Shown here in pieces: positions 54,106 to 64,000 of a DNA stretch of 64,000 nucleotides; the stretch's first letter is position 1, and each line of letters opens with the position of its first letter. The stretch covers positions 128,001-192,000 of the forward strand of contig CAWJTV010000009.1 of assembly GCA_963845755.1 (NCBI GenBank), given 5' to 3'. The notes under the pieces were generated by a model that saw only the letters and a program-made list of their open reading frames with translations, was not told the DNA's origin and searched no databases. Made by a program: the position numbers and the translations under genes. Source of the DNA: an uncultured Planctomycetota bacterium (GTDB lineage Bacteria; Planctomycetota; Planctomycetia; Isosphaerales; Isosphaeraceae).

Positions 54106-54129
54106 TGCCGAAGACAGGACTTGAACCTG
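54106..54129 (-). mobile_element. tRNA (Leu-like) 3'-end fragment; probable att site or island boundary
   Basis: Minus strand CAGGTTCAAGTCCTGTCTTCGGCA is a T-arm, acceptor strand and discriminator A, with no matching 5' half adjacent. Confidence 0.7.
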
Positions 54130-54310
54130 AACGCGCATGGTTAGCTCCTTGGTCGGTCACGTCAGCGGCCACATCGAATCCCATCCTCAAAAGGCAATAC
54201 TCGGACAGACTCCTAGCGTTATTAAAGAAGCCGCTTGCATGCCCCGCAGGCTTCGTGAGCACACCAATCGACCCAGATCATTCGGCGATTTGAAGACCGC
54301 AGTACGCGAC

Positions 54311-55462
54311 TTATGCACGGTCGGCGGTCAAGCTCCAACCCACCGGTAAGGAGCTGAACTGCTCCTTCACCCGGACGGCGGCGCCATGGACGCCATCCAG
54401 GAGTTCCTTGAAACTGGCGGCTTCGATCCCTCGCTGATCCACCACGGCCCGAAATGCGTCGGACGACATGTCCGCCACCGGAACGATCTCGAGGTCCTTG
54501 AGCGCGGTCTTGAGGGGGGACTTCAAGGGCTGGACTTCCTCCAGGGTTCCGAGCGGCACCTTCCCTCCATCGTTGCCGATGGGCGTGCCGCGCTGGGCCA
54601 GCCAGTCCTTGAGCGCCGGGCGGTCGAACAGTTTCAGCAAGTCGGCCTCGATCTCCGCGGGCTGGCGAACGAGGCTCATCTCCTTGGGCGGCTTCACGCC
54701 GGGCACGACCTTACCGGTGGCGATGGCCGCTGCATCGAGGGCTGTCTTGGCGTTATCCACCAATGTGGCCAGTCCGGGCACGGCCGGTTTCGCGGCCGAA
54801 CTGGACAAGGCTTCCCAGAGGACGTTCTTCTCGACCTCGCCGCTGACCATCCGGGAACCGACCACCCCGGCCACGACCGCGCTCATGAGCACGGTCCAGG
54901 TGAGCAGATTCCCATCCCCCGGGGGCACGGCCTGGTTGGAGAACGCGAGCCAGGTCGTGGCTGCCGAGACCAGCGCCGCCATGAATACGTTGCGGAGGAA
55001 CCCGAACGAACCCATCTGGAACTGGTTCTGGCTCTTCGAGAAAGTGGGTAGAATGATCGTCCAGTTGTTTCGATAGAAGGAGTACGCGAGTCCCACGATC
55101 GCCCCCACAGCCGCCACCACGCCGAGCAGTTCCCAGCGGTTGCCGATGTGCGGGAGCGGGATCGTCTTGAGGGACTCCATGAGCGATTTCGTGTCGATCC
55201 CCGCGCCGGCACCAGTGCCAAGGCCGAGAGCGGCCAGGACCGGCGTTATAAACTTCCACGACGTGAAGTCGAATCCCGAGTTCGACGATGCGGGCTGGGG
55301 CGGTTTGACTGGACTTGCGGGCCAGCCGTCCAGGATCGTTCTTGCCACATCGGCCTGCGCCGGAAACTGGGTGTTGATCTCTTGCAGGATTTGCTGCACG
55401 CCGGCCGAGCTGGGGCCGCCGGCCTTCAGGGCGTTCACGAGGCTGGTGATGGGGTCTGGCAT
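54311..55462 (-). CDS. Hypothetical membrane protein
   Basis: Long ORF with coding-like bias, about 4 hydrophobic segments, SD GGAG before MPDPITS. Confidence 0.7.
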   Translation of the reverse strand: MPDPITSLVNALKAGGPSSAGVQQILQEINTQFPAQADVARTILDGWPASPVKPPQPASSNSGFDFTSWKFITPVLAALGLGTGAGAGIDTKSLMESLKTIPLPHIGNRWELLGVVAAVGAIVGLAYSFYRNNWTIILPTFSKSQNQFQMGSFGFLRNVFMAALVSAATTWLAFSNQAVPPGDGNLLTWTVLMSAVVAGVVGSRMVSGEVEKNVLWEALSSSAAKPAVPGLATLVDNAKTALDAAAIATGKVVPGVKPPKEMSLVRQPAEIEADLLKLFDRPALKDWLAQRGTPIGNDGGKVPLGTLEEVQPLKSPLKTALKDLEIVPVADMSSDAFRAVVDQRGIEAASFKELLDGVHGAAVRVKEQFSSLPVGWSLTADRA

Positions 55463-55572
55463 TGCGATCTCCGGTCTGGATGTGACGAGTTGAGTATCGA
55501 GTATTCCGCTGGGTAAGAGCCGCCACGGCACAACGTGAACTCTCGGAATCTGAAAGAGTCGCTGGCCAAGAA

Positions 55573-56010
55573 TCACGGGCCACTTTCATGAGTGGGGGTG
55601 TCATCGATGGCACCTGAACGTGAGCCGGGTCGCTTCACTCGACGAATGGTGCCGACTAGCACCCCGATGGATGTACCGCCGATCAGACCGAGCGCACCTC
55701 CCCCGATCACTTTCACCAGGAAGAAAGCGGTCGAGGCAACGACCGGACTTAACCCGGCTGTGGCGGCGTTTCCCACTCCCTGGGCGAGCGTTTCGGTGAG
55801 TCCCTGGGTTTTCCCTGATTTCTTCCGTACCGCTTCTTGTTCCTCCTCGAACGTCTTCAGAGCCGCTCCACTCCGGGCGGACTCCTGCTTCAAATCCGAG
55901 TCAAACTGTCCCATGGCGATGTATGTGGCGATCATCACCCCACCGAGGGTCCCGAGGAGGGCGCCGAGGCACCCAACACCTGCCACGGATAACATTCTCG
56001 ATCTCAGCAT
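55573..56010 (-). CDS. Hypothetical protein with two Gly-rich TM segments
   Basis: GxxxG-rich hydrophobic helices flanking a charged helix; SD GAGGGAGG. Confidence 0.6.
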   Translation of the reverse strand: MLRSRMLSVAGVGCLGALLGTLGGVMIATYIAMGQFDSDLKQESARSGAALKTFEEEQEAVRKKSGKTQGLTETLAQGVGNAATAGLSPVVASTAFFLVKVIGGGALGLIGGTSIGVLVGTIRRVKRPGSRSGAIDDTPTHESGP

Positions 56011-56035
56011 CTCTCTTCCCTCCCTCTCGATCGCC

Positions 56036-56080
56036 AAAACTTATATAATTATAATATGATTATATTTATATTTTTTTTCG
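56036..56080 (-). promoter_or_regulatory. AT-rich tract, probable sigma70-type promoter region
   Basis: Almost pure A/T 45-mer with TATAAT hexamers on the minus strand, upstream of the 56010 gene. Confidence 0.5.
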
Positions 56081-56181
56081 ACTTTCTGCGGGGAGCACCG
56101 GCGTACGGAACCGTGCCAATGGGAGCCGGCAAAACGATCGCTCATGAATCCAGAGCGTTTCACTTCGCCTGCCTGAACCGG

Positions 56182-56985
56182 TCAGCCGGCCCAGCGCCTC
56201 CGGCAGCAGATGACTCTCAGACCCGTCGCCTCGTTGAACGGGTTCCCGCGATGGCAGGAGCCGCGGCTCGCCGAGCGGCATTCCGTATCCGGGCAAGAGA
56301 AGTCCCCGCCTCGGGTGACTTTCACGAGGCCAGTCTCGCCAAGAAACAACGGGTCGGTCGCACCGTGGTCTTGGTAATTCGTCAGGTCATCAAGACACCA
56401 CTCGGCGACATTTCCGTAGAGGTCGTAGATACCCCAAGAGTTCGGCTTTTTCAGGCCGACCGCGTGGGTCTTACCTCCGCTGTTCGCGACATACCAGGCG
56501 TGATCCTCAAGCCCCGTCGGGCTTCCGCCGAAATACCAGCGGGACGACGTCCCGGCACGGCATGCGAACTCCCACTCTGCCTCGGTCGGCAGGTCGATCG
56601 TCTGTTCAGCGGAAAGGAACCGCGCTTGCCGCAGGGCGTCGGTCATCCGGCGCAATAGTCCCTGGCGTCGTCCCAAGCGACTCCTTCCGCTGGCAGGGCC
56701 ATTCCTTCGGCAGAGTCCATGAACAGCGGCAGTGGGGAGCCGGTGACTTGGAGCCACTGCCTCTGCGTGACGGGCGTCTCTGCGAACCAGAATCCCCTGG
56801 AGAGGCGAACCTCGTGCTCGGGGCGCCTCGAGCGAATCCGCGGGCTCCTCCTGAACGGACCCCATGCGGAAGTGACCTGGCGGGCACCACACCATGCGGA
56901 GCCACGTCTCCCGTCCGAGCGGGAGCTGAACGGAACTGCCCTCCGGTCGTCCGGCTGAGAACAAACTGTCGGGTTCCAGCGTCAT
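56182..56985 (-). CDS. FGE-sulfatase (SUMF1) fold protein, candidate immunity protein (compensating frameshifts ~56660-56820)
   Basis: PPGHFRMGS, HEVRLSRGFW..ETPVTQ.QW (alternate frame), LPTEAEWEFACRAG, PNSWGIYDLYGNVAEW, RGG, GLRV. Confidence 0.85.
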   Translation of the reverse strand: MTLEPDSLFSAGRPEGSSVQLPLGRETWLRMVWCPPGHFRMGSVQEEPADSLEAPRARGSPLQGILVRRDARHAEAVAPSHRLPTAAVHGLCRRNGPASGRSRLGRRQGLLRRMTDALRQARFLSAEQTIDLPTEAEWEFACRAGTSSRWYFGGSPTGLEDHAWYVANSGGKTHAVGLKKPNSWGIYDLYGNVAEWCLDDLTNYQDHGATDPLFLGETGLVKVTRGGDFSCPDTECRSASRGSCHRGNPFNEATGLRVICCRRRWAG

Positions 56986-57007
56986 CGGGGTCCGCCTCCT
57001 TCGGCCC

Positions 57008-60000
57008 TTACGGGTCGAACCATACGTACGCTTTCTCAAAGGTCCCATCCGGGTTCTTCGGCGAGTTCGCGTAGTCGAACCGGACGTTCGGATACCCATT
57101 CCTGGCGGCCATCTTACCAGTGAACGTCTGCGATGCCGCCTGTTCGGGTGACAACCCTTTCTTGATGAGGTCGTTGAATGTCGCCAGGTTGTCGCCCGAG
57201 AACCAGAGCCCCCGAACGCCCTTGAATGCAACGCCATCCGCTCGGAATCTGTCCAGGATTGCCTTGAAGACCTCACCGCCCCGTACCGTAGTACTTGCTT
57301 CCTTCGTGTAGATCGCCAGCTCGAGGTAGCCGTCACCTCCCAGCTCACCGAGGCCGAGCAAGGCTCCGGTGTTCGAGTCCTTGACGGAGACCGTGGTCCC
57401 CTCCCGGGTAACGACGGTTCTCGGATTGGGTTCGGGATCCGGCTTGGGCGCGGGCTTGGGCTCCGGTTCGGGCTCAATTGGCTTTGGCCTGGGGGCTGGC
57501 GCGGGATCGACGTCGGGCGGTGGCCCAGATTTCCCTCGGCCCGCAGCGGGGATGAATTTCCCTAGCCAGGCCAAGAGTCCCACAAGCAGCATGTTGGCCA
57601 GGAGCCCCTGGTCCAACGGCTTCCCCGTCGCCAGATTCGTCAGCACGGTCAGGACGCCGGCGGTCACCGAGAGGATGCCGATCCCCAGGGCGCTCGTGGC
57701 AAGCTCCGGACCCATGATCAGCGCCGCGGCGGTCAGGACCGCGCCGAAGACGGCGCCGATGACCACGTTCTGCAGCAGGTTCTCGTGCCAGGGACGACCG
57801 TGCGTGACATTGCTCACGATCGTGCCGGCGAACGCCGCGATCGCCCCGACCAGGGCCATGGCAAGCACGATCGCCAGGCCCCCGGTCAAGACGCCGGCGA
57901 CCACCAGCGCAATGACGATAATCGCGCCGACCAGGCCGACGACCAACCCGACCCAGAAACCGGGGTCTTTGAGCATATCCCAGAGGTCGCCCGCCTGTCG
58001 GCGCAGCCAGCTTTGATGGGCGCGCTCCTCGGCGCGAGCCTGGGCCTCGTCGATCCGGGCGGCGAGCGTGTTGACGGGTTCCTGCGCCTTGGTCACGTCG
58101 GCGGTGACCTGGGTGTTCATCCCGCCTCGGTAATCGGCCAGTCCCTGGCCGAACGCCTGGTCGAGATGGCTCACCTGATCGGCGAGACCCGAGCCGATCT
58201 GCGATACGGCTCCGGCTCCGGCGGCGTTGGTCTGTGTGACGGCCTTGGCCAACTGCGAGCCGACGGCCGTCGTTACACGGTCGGCCTGCCACCCCGCGCC
58301 GGTTGCAGCCTTGCGGGCACCCTGGGAGGCGGCGGACGCGGACTTCTGGATGCCGTCGGCTGCGGCGCCTCCTCCCTGCGCCACCCCGCCCTGAGCTTTC
58401 TGGAAGGCGCCGGCGGCGGCCGTCCCAAGCGCGTCGTATCCCTTGATGATGCTCCCGATCGCCTGGGGCGCGGAGGTGGCATCCAGCGGCATGCGGGCGG
58501 CCTGGGCTTGGAATCGGTTGATCTGGGCATCGCCAGCGTCGAGGGCCTTCCCAGCCTGCTGGTGCAGCGACGCCACGGCGTCCCGAGCCGTCTCATCAAG
58601 CTGCCGGGCGGCCTGGGCTCTGCTCATCCAGGCGGCCCAGCACCTCGTGCTCGGCGACCACGAGTTGACCCGTCATCTGATCGTGGAGGGTCGCCAGGGT
58701 CTGGCCTCCGCCCGCGGCGACCTGCCCGACGACTTGGGCAGCCCCCTGCCGGATCCCGTCGAGTTGGGGCACGACCTGCGCCTCGCCGACGGCGAGCTGG
58801 GCCGCTGCTTCTCGGCCCTGGTTGCGGATGGCGTCGGCCGTCGCCGGGCCGCTGGCTCGTAGGTTGGCCGCCCCGTCTCCTTTGGCGGCCCGGACCTTCT
58901 CCGCGGTGTCCTGGGCGAGGTCGAGGGCGACCTTGGCCTTAGCCTCGGCCGCTTCTTGCGTGCTGCCGCCGACGTGCGACTTGGTATCTCCCAGGGACAG
59001 CGCCGCCTGCGCAGCTGCCTCGATGCGAGCGTCCTCCTCGGCCGCGGCGGTCGACGCGGCGGTCAGCGCTTCGGCGGCGCGCGTCTCGGTGACGGCCAGG
59101 GCCCGTCCCTGATTGGCCGCGAACGCGGCGTGGGCGCCGGCGATAGTCTCATTGTGCCCCCGCTCGACCGCGAAGTGTGCCGACGCCGCCTCTGCCTGCA
59201 CCCGGCCGGCGCTCGCGGCGACATTACGCGCAACCATCGCGTGGGCTTCGGCGAACGCGCCCCGGACGGACTCGACGTGGCCGGCGGTCGTCGACTCGAG
59301 CACCTGGTGCTGCCGCGCAAGGCCTGCGTCGATCGCGGCCGCATTCTTCTCGAACTTCTCGGCGATTCGCCGGCGGCCGGCGCGTGCAGCCTCTACGACC
59401 TGGTCCAGCACGACCTGGGTCCCGGCATGCGGTGAACGCGGTGGTGTCACTCGCCCCACGGCCAAGGGCGGTGTTGGCCCCGCCGGTCGGGCAAGGCCGC
59501 GAGCCCGAGGGTTCGAGTCCGAGGAGGGCATCATCTCCGATGCCTTACCGGCCGGCCGCTGTGCGGGACCGGGTCGGCCACCTTTCGGTGTGGGTCGATT
59601 CGTGGTGGTCTTGGGCTTCGCACCAGGACGAGGTCCGGCCCCCGGCCCTCGAGGCGCCGCTCCCGGCCTGGGAGGGGATGAGCCCCCGTCTGTCGGCCGC
59701 CTCCCGCGCTGGCCGGCAACGATGCGGCTGGCGGTTTCTGTCCGGTGGCACCCTCCGGCGGCGCGGCCGCGGCCGGTCTTACGGCGGCGTTGGCCATCGA
59801 GTCTACCCCTGCGGTCTGATGCATCATGGCCGGGTCTAGCTGGCCCGCGTCATGTCCGCCGGGCCCGAGAGTTCGGTTCACACGACCGCTCTCCTTGGTC
59901 CTCTGCACCGACTCCACGTCCGTCCCACGACCGGAAGTACGGCGGTTGGCGTTGGACGCGATGGACCGGGTGCCGGGCACCGCGTGGGAGCCGGCCGACG

Positions 60001-60289
60001 CAGGCTCGGCGGGACGTGGGACGTCCACGCCGTTCGGCGCGATCGGTCCCGGCCCGACGTTGGTCGGGGGATCCGTGATTGCCTTTGCGGGTCTGGAGCC
60101 TGAAGCGGCGGTGGGCCGAGTCGAAAGTGCCCGCGCGATCGCACCGTTGCCGTAGGCGGCGTGGAGGGCCATCAGGTTCGGCGACGACGCGCGTGAGGCC
60201 GGCGCTAGGCTCGACTGTTTGAGCGGCGGGGGGTCCGGTGGGAACTTGGCCCGCGTCGGGGGTAGTTGGGCCTTCGTGGTGGTGTTCAC
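57008..60289 (-). CDS. Large eCIS-type effector/polymorphic toxin (stitched from three frames)
   Basis: N-terminal LMALHAAYGNGAIARAL motif, Pro-rich and Ala-rich helical stalk, multi-TM region, (PE/PK) linker, globular ~135-aa C-terminus. GTGA overlap with the ATPase stop. Confidence 0.65.
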
Positions 60290-62546
60290 GGCTCTCCCTC
60301 AATCAGCTTCAGCTCCCTGGCCGAAAGAACCCGTGACTCGCGCAGGTATTGACGCTTGACCGCATCGGCGATTTGCTTGAGCTCGACCGTCGCCCGTTGC
60401 TCGGGTTTCGTCAACCTGGCGGCCAGCAGCGCCGCGGTCCGCGCCGATTCGACGATGGCGGCGCCTGTCATGTCGAGCCGCGCCAGTTCGTCGAACTTGA
60501 CTTTTTCCTCCATTTGATACCGGGCCGTTCCGGGGAACGCGATCCGCCAGATCTGGGCGCGCTCGACGAGCCCCGGGCGGGGGAAGTGGAGGATCGTCTG
60601 GAACCGCCGCATGAACGCCGGGTCGATGTTCTCCTTGTGATTGCTGGCCATCACAACCAGGCCGGGGTGTTCCTCGAGGCGTTGGAGGAGGTAGCTGACC
60701 TCGAGGTTCGCGTAGCGATCGGTCCCCTGGCGGATCTCGCCTCGCTTGCCCAGGAGCGAGTCGGCCTCGTCGAGACAGAGGACCGACTCGCGGTCCTCGG
60801 CCTCGAGGAACACCGCGTCGAGGTGTTTCTCGGTCTCGCCGACCCACTTGGAGACGATGCGCGAGAGGTCGAGTTTCAAGAGCGGTGCGCCGAGCTCCTT
60901 GGCGATCACCTCGGCGGCGAGTGTCTTGCCGGTACCCGAATCGCCGGTGAACAGGGCCTTGATGCCACCCGGCCCCGTCATCATCCGGCCGAACCCCCAG
61001 GGGCCGCAGACCGCCGGCCAGACCTTGTGGAACGCGGCGATTTCGAGGACATGGGTCTTCAATGGCTCGGGCAAGATCAGGTCGTCACGCCCGCGCTTCG
61101 GGACGATCAGCGTCGTGAACGGCGTGACCTTCTGCCGCTCGAGCGCCGCCGAGGCAACGACGAGTGGGTCATCCGGCGAGGGCTTCCGGGAATCCGCAGG
61201 CGGTCCCACCGACCTGGCATGGTTGATCTTCTGCGTCGTCGCGGCCAGGCCAGCGGCCGCGCGCGCCTCGATGCCGCTCACAGAGAACCGCGCGGCCAAC
61301 TCGTCGAGGATCCTCGGCGAGGTCCCTGGTGCCGCCTGCTGCCAGATGGCCCGCCGCTGTGAGGAGTCCGGCGTGTCCACCTCGAAGGTGATGAACGGAC
61401 GGGCGGCGAGAAGCCGTGGCGGCTGCCAGGGGTGGGCCCCGGTGAGGATCGTCCGGATGCGCGACACGGCCAGAAGATCGGCCAGCGCCTCTCCGATGCG
61501 CGCATCCTCGGGATGCGCCGGGTCGGTCAGGGCACCGGTCTGGATCCAGAGGATCGCGTCCAGCACCGAAGCGACCTGGATCGCGTCGCGCAGCGACTGC
61601 TGTTGGGCCGGGTCGAACGACCGTGGATCGGGAACGGCCCATCTTCGAAGGGGGCGGTCGGCGGCCCTGGCGATCGCCATCGCGACATCCTCGAGACCAG
61701 CTTGCCGCGGGCCCCAGACTCCGACGATCCCCACCTCGTTGTCCTTCAGGGCGCGGCTGACCCGATCGAGCCGGTCGCGGTCGACGTGCGGTGGGACGTA
61801 GAGCTCGTCGGGGAGCTTGACTTCATCGCGGTCGCGACAGAGGTCCGCGGGGTCGCCGCGGTCGTCGAGCAGGAAGTCGAAGAGTCCGGCGCGAGCCGAA
61901 GTTCTTGACGGAGCTCGCTCGGCGAGGTGCCCTGAGCGACGATCACGCCCAGGAGCCGGAGTCGGCCGAAGCGGCCGAGCTCGAGCCGGCGGTCGAAGCG
62001 GTCGCGGATCTCGTCGGTCAAGCCGCAAAACAGCTCGGGACAGGGGAACCGCCGCGAGATATCGTTGAGAACGAACGCGTAGAGGATCTCATAGGCCGGG
62101 TCGAATTCGAGCGCGGCACAGAGGATCACGGCGTCCATCTGGGTCGGGCTGAGGGGCAGCTCGAATTCGAGCCGATCGAGCGGGAGCACCATTCCTTGAC
62201 GTCTGGCCTCGGCCCGGAGTTCCTGCTCGCTGAGCGGGGAGTCTTCGGTCTGGCAAAGCGCCTCGACTTCCGAGATCAGGTAGTCGACCTGCCGGTCGCT
62301 AATGCAGACTCGCGACTGGGGATTCAGGGCCTCGACCACCTGCATAAGCATGGTCGAGCCGGCCGACGCCTCGAACCCCTCGACCGCCTCGGTATCGACG
62401 ACCAGCGCCTGCCGGCGGGTCGACTCACGGCGGGACTTGACCGCCCTGATGAGATCGCGGTTCAACGCGCGGAGGCGGAGTTGCAGGTGATGCAACGGCA
62501 GCGGCAACGGCAGTGTCGATTCCGAACGTTCAGTCGTCACGGTCAT
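60286..62546 (-). CDS. AAA+ ATPase, Afp15/Pvc15-like (frameshift near 61885)
   Basis: GDSGTGKT, DLSRIVSKWVGETEK.L, DEADSLLGKR, DRYANLEVSYLLQRLE, IDPAFMRR; N-terminal AALEFDP.YE.LYAFVLND. Confidence 0.9.
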
Positions 62547-64000
62547 CCCCCCGCGAACCGCACCACTCGCCCGCCGAACCATGGGACGCCCGCCACGTCG
62601 TCGAGCAGCCCGTGACGAGACAGATCGGTAGACCGCTTGCCCAGCGGCAACTTGACCAGGATCTCGTCGGGCCCGGACCGTATGCGGGCGTCGAGATCGC
62701 CGAATCGCTCCAGCGCGAGCAGAGGGTCGGTGTCGCCCGTGTCTTTCCAGAGAGTCCACGACAGGTCCGCCATCGCGACGGCCGCGGCCAGCATCAGGCT
62801 GGTTTCCAGGGCACTGCCGTCGCCGGGAGCGACGCACGGTCGGAATGCCAGCTCGTCCCAGGTCGTCTGGAGTGACTGGTGGGCTGTCTCAAGCTTCCGC
62901 GCCGACGCGACGAGCGGGCCCTCGGGTGTCTCGGTGTCGTTCGTCCACCATCGCTCGTGAGGAAGCCTTTGAACGCGTCTCCAGAGTTCGCCTCGTGTCG
63001 GAGGTGTGTTGGTGATGAACCGGAACCCCTCGGCGTCGAGGCGCGGCAAGCAACCCACCTCCGGCGGAGCTTGCGGGAACCAGCAATCTCGGCCGGCCAA
63101 ACCGCTCGACTGTTGCGAGCTGATTCTCCCAGCACGAGGACCAGGCGACCGGAAACACGCCTTCGACCTCCGCCAGCAGCCAGCCGCCGGCCGAGTCGGC
63201 GCACAGCAAGAGCGGCGAGCCCTGCTCGTGACCGCCCGCGAGCGCGTCTGCGATGACGCGGTCGAGGACGGGGAGGAACCCGGCGGCCTTCCGCGCGAAC
63301 CCGGCCAGCGCCTCGTTCGGGGCCGGCTCCTCGAGTCCGGCGAAGATCGCGGCCGAGGTCGTGTCCGCCGCCGACCGAAGCCAGCCCCTCGCCGGTGGGT
63401 CGATCACCTTGTACGCCAGCGCCGTCGCGAACAGTGGCGCTTCGCCCAACAGGTCGGCCGCAGAGAGGGTGGCGTCGAGTACCTCGAGGTATCCGATCCT
63501 CGCGAGCGCGCCGAGCATCAAGAACGGCAGTGCGCAAGCCGAGCCGACCATGTTCGTGGACCTGGTGGACTGATTCCGCACGACCTGGCCCGGCGTGGTG
63601 GTGACCGTTGTCGGCGCTTCGTGCGACCGTCGCGGCGGGCCGGGTCGTGCGGAACTGGTCTCGGGTACCGCCGGGATCAAGACTGGGGAGTCGCAGCGCG
63701 GCGGAGCACCGACGGTTGCCGCGTCCGGCGGTGGAGCACCGATGGTTGCCGCGGCCGTCAGGGGAAGCAAGCGGTCCAGGGCCGAGAAGAAGGCAGGATC
63801 GACGACCCCACGGCCCGCCGAGTCCGACTCGACCGCGGCGGCAATGATCCGGGCTCGCAGGACCTCGACCCGAGTGCTCGTCCTGCCGCTCGGAACTTCA
63901 CGAGCAACAACCTCGGCAGGGAGAACCGGCTCCCGGGAGCCGGGACCGTCACTGGCTTGTTGTGATGCACCGTCCGGATCGAAAGGGCCTGAGCCGGGCT
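62543..64000 (-). CDS. Partial eCIS tape-measure-like (Afp14-like) protein, frameshifted, 5' end outside the window
   Basis: ALPFLMLGALARIG segment and C-terminal RHGLLDDVAGVPWFGGRVVRF; ATGA overlap with the ATPase start. Confidence 0.5.

Noticed and set aside
54040..54200. Complete tRNA gene
   Set aside because: Only the T-arm and 3' acceptor strand are present; no D-arm or GCCGAAG 5' end at the expected distance.
56182..56330. FGE-sulfatase C-terminus as a diversity-generating retroelement target
   Set aside because: No template repeat with adenine-specific mismatches and no reverse transcriptase seen in the window.

Overview
GC-rich window, very likely from a planctomycete (Isosphaeraceae-like, judged from LExRxLL signal motifs, DUF1559, ECF-kinase pairs and typical REP families). 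Many genes are split by single-base indels, probably long-read assembly errors, so gene models were stitched across frames by eye. Contents from left to right: (1) 1-1.27 kb, nested REP/MITE elements. (2) 1.3-12.7 kb, a copper/haem locus with three secreted cupredoxin-Ig proteins (one lacks the type-1 Cu ligands), a dihaem cytochrome c, a Cys-rich leader-like ORF before a DUF1559 gene, and a cytochrome c / porin / cytochrome c lipoprotein operon. (3) 14.2-20.3 kb, an accessory TPR / J-domain / GrpE / Hsp70 / Zn-ribbon operon. (4) A decayed hybrid histidine kinase and a secreted hypothetical protein. (5) 23.7-30.1 kb, ECF sigma / anti-sigma-like Ser/Thr kinase / secreted TPR-CHAT(PDZ) protease. 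(6) 30.4-41 kb, TolB-like propeller, DAC-domain protein, phosphatase, short ArgA, GT-C glycosyltransferase, WD40 protein, ECF-TolB fusion. (7) 41.3-52 kb, a general-stress-type metabolic cluster. (8) A TPR glycosyltransferase. (9) A tRNA 3'-end fragment at 54106-54129 that probably bounds an island carrying the distal end of an eCIS-like locus: tape-measure-like gene, AAA+ ATPase, large effector with an unassigned C-terminal domain, and an FGE-sulfatase-fold candidate immunity gene. The strongest novelty candidates are the cupredoxin/porin-cytochrome locus, the eCIS effector-immunity pair and the ECF-kinase-CHAT module. All family calls come from motif recognition; no database search was run.
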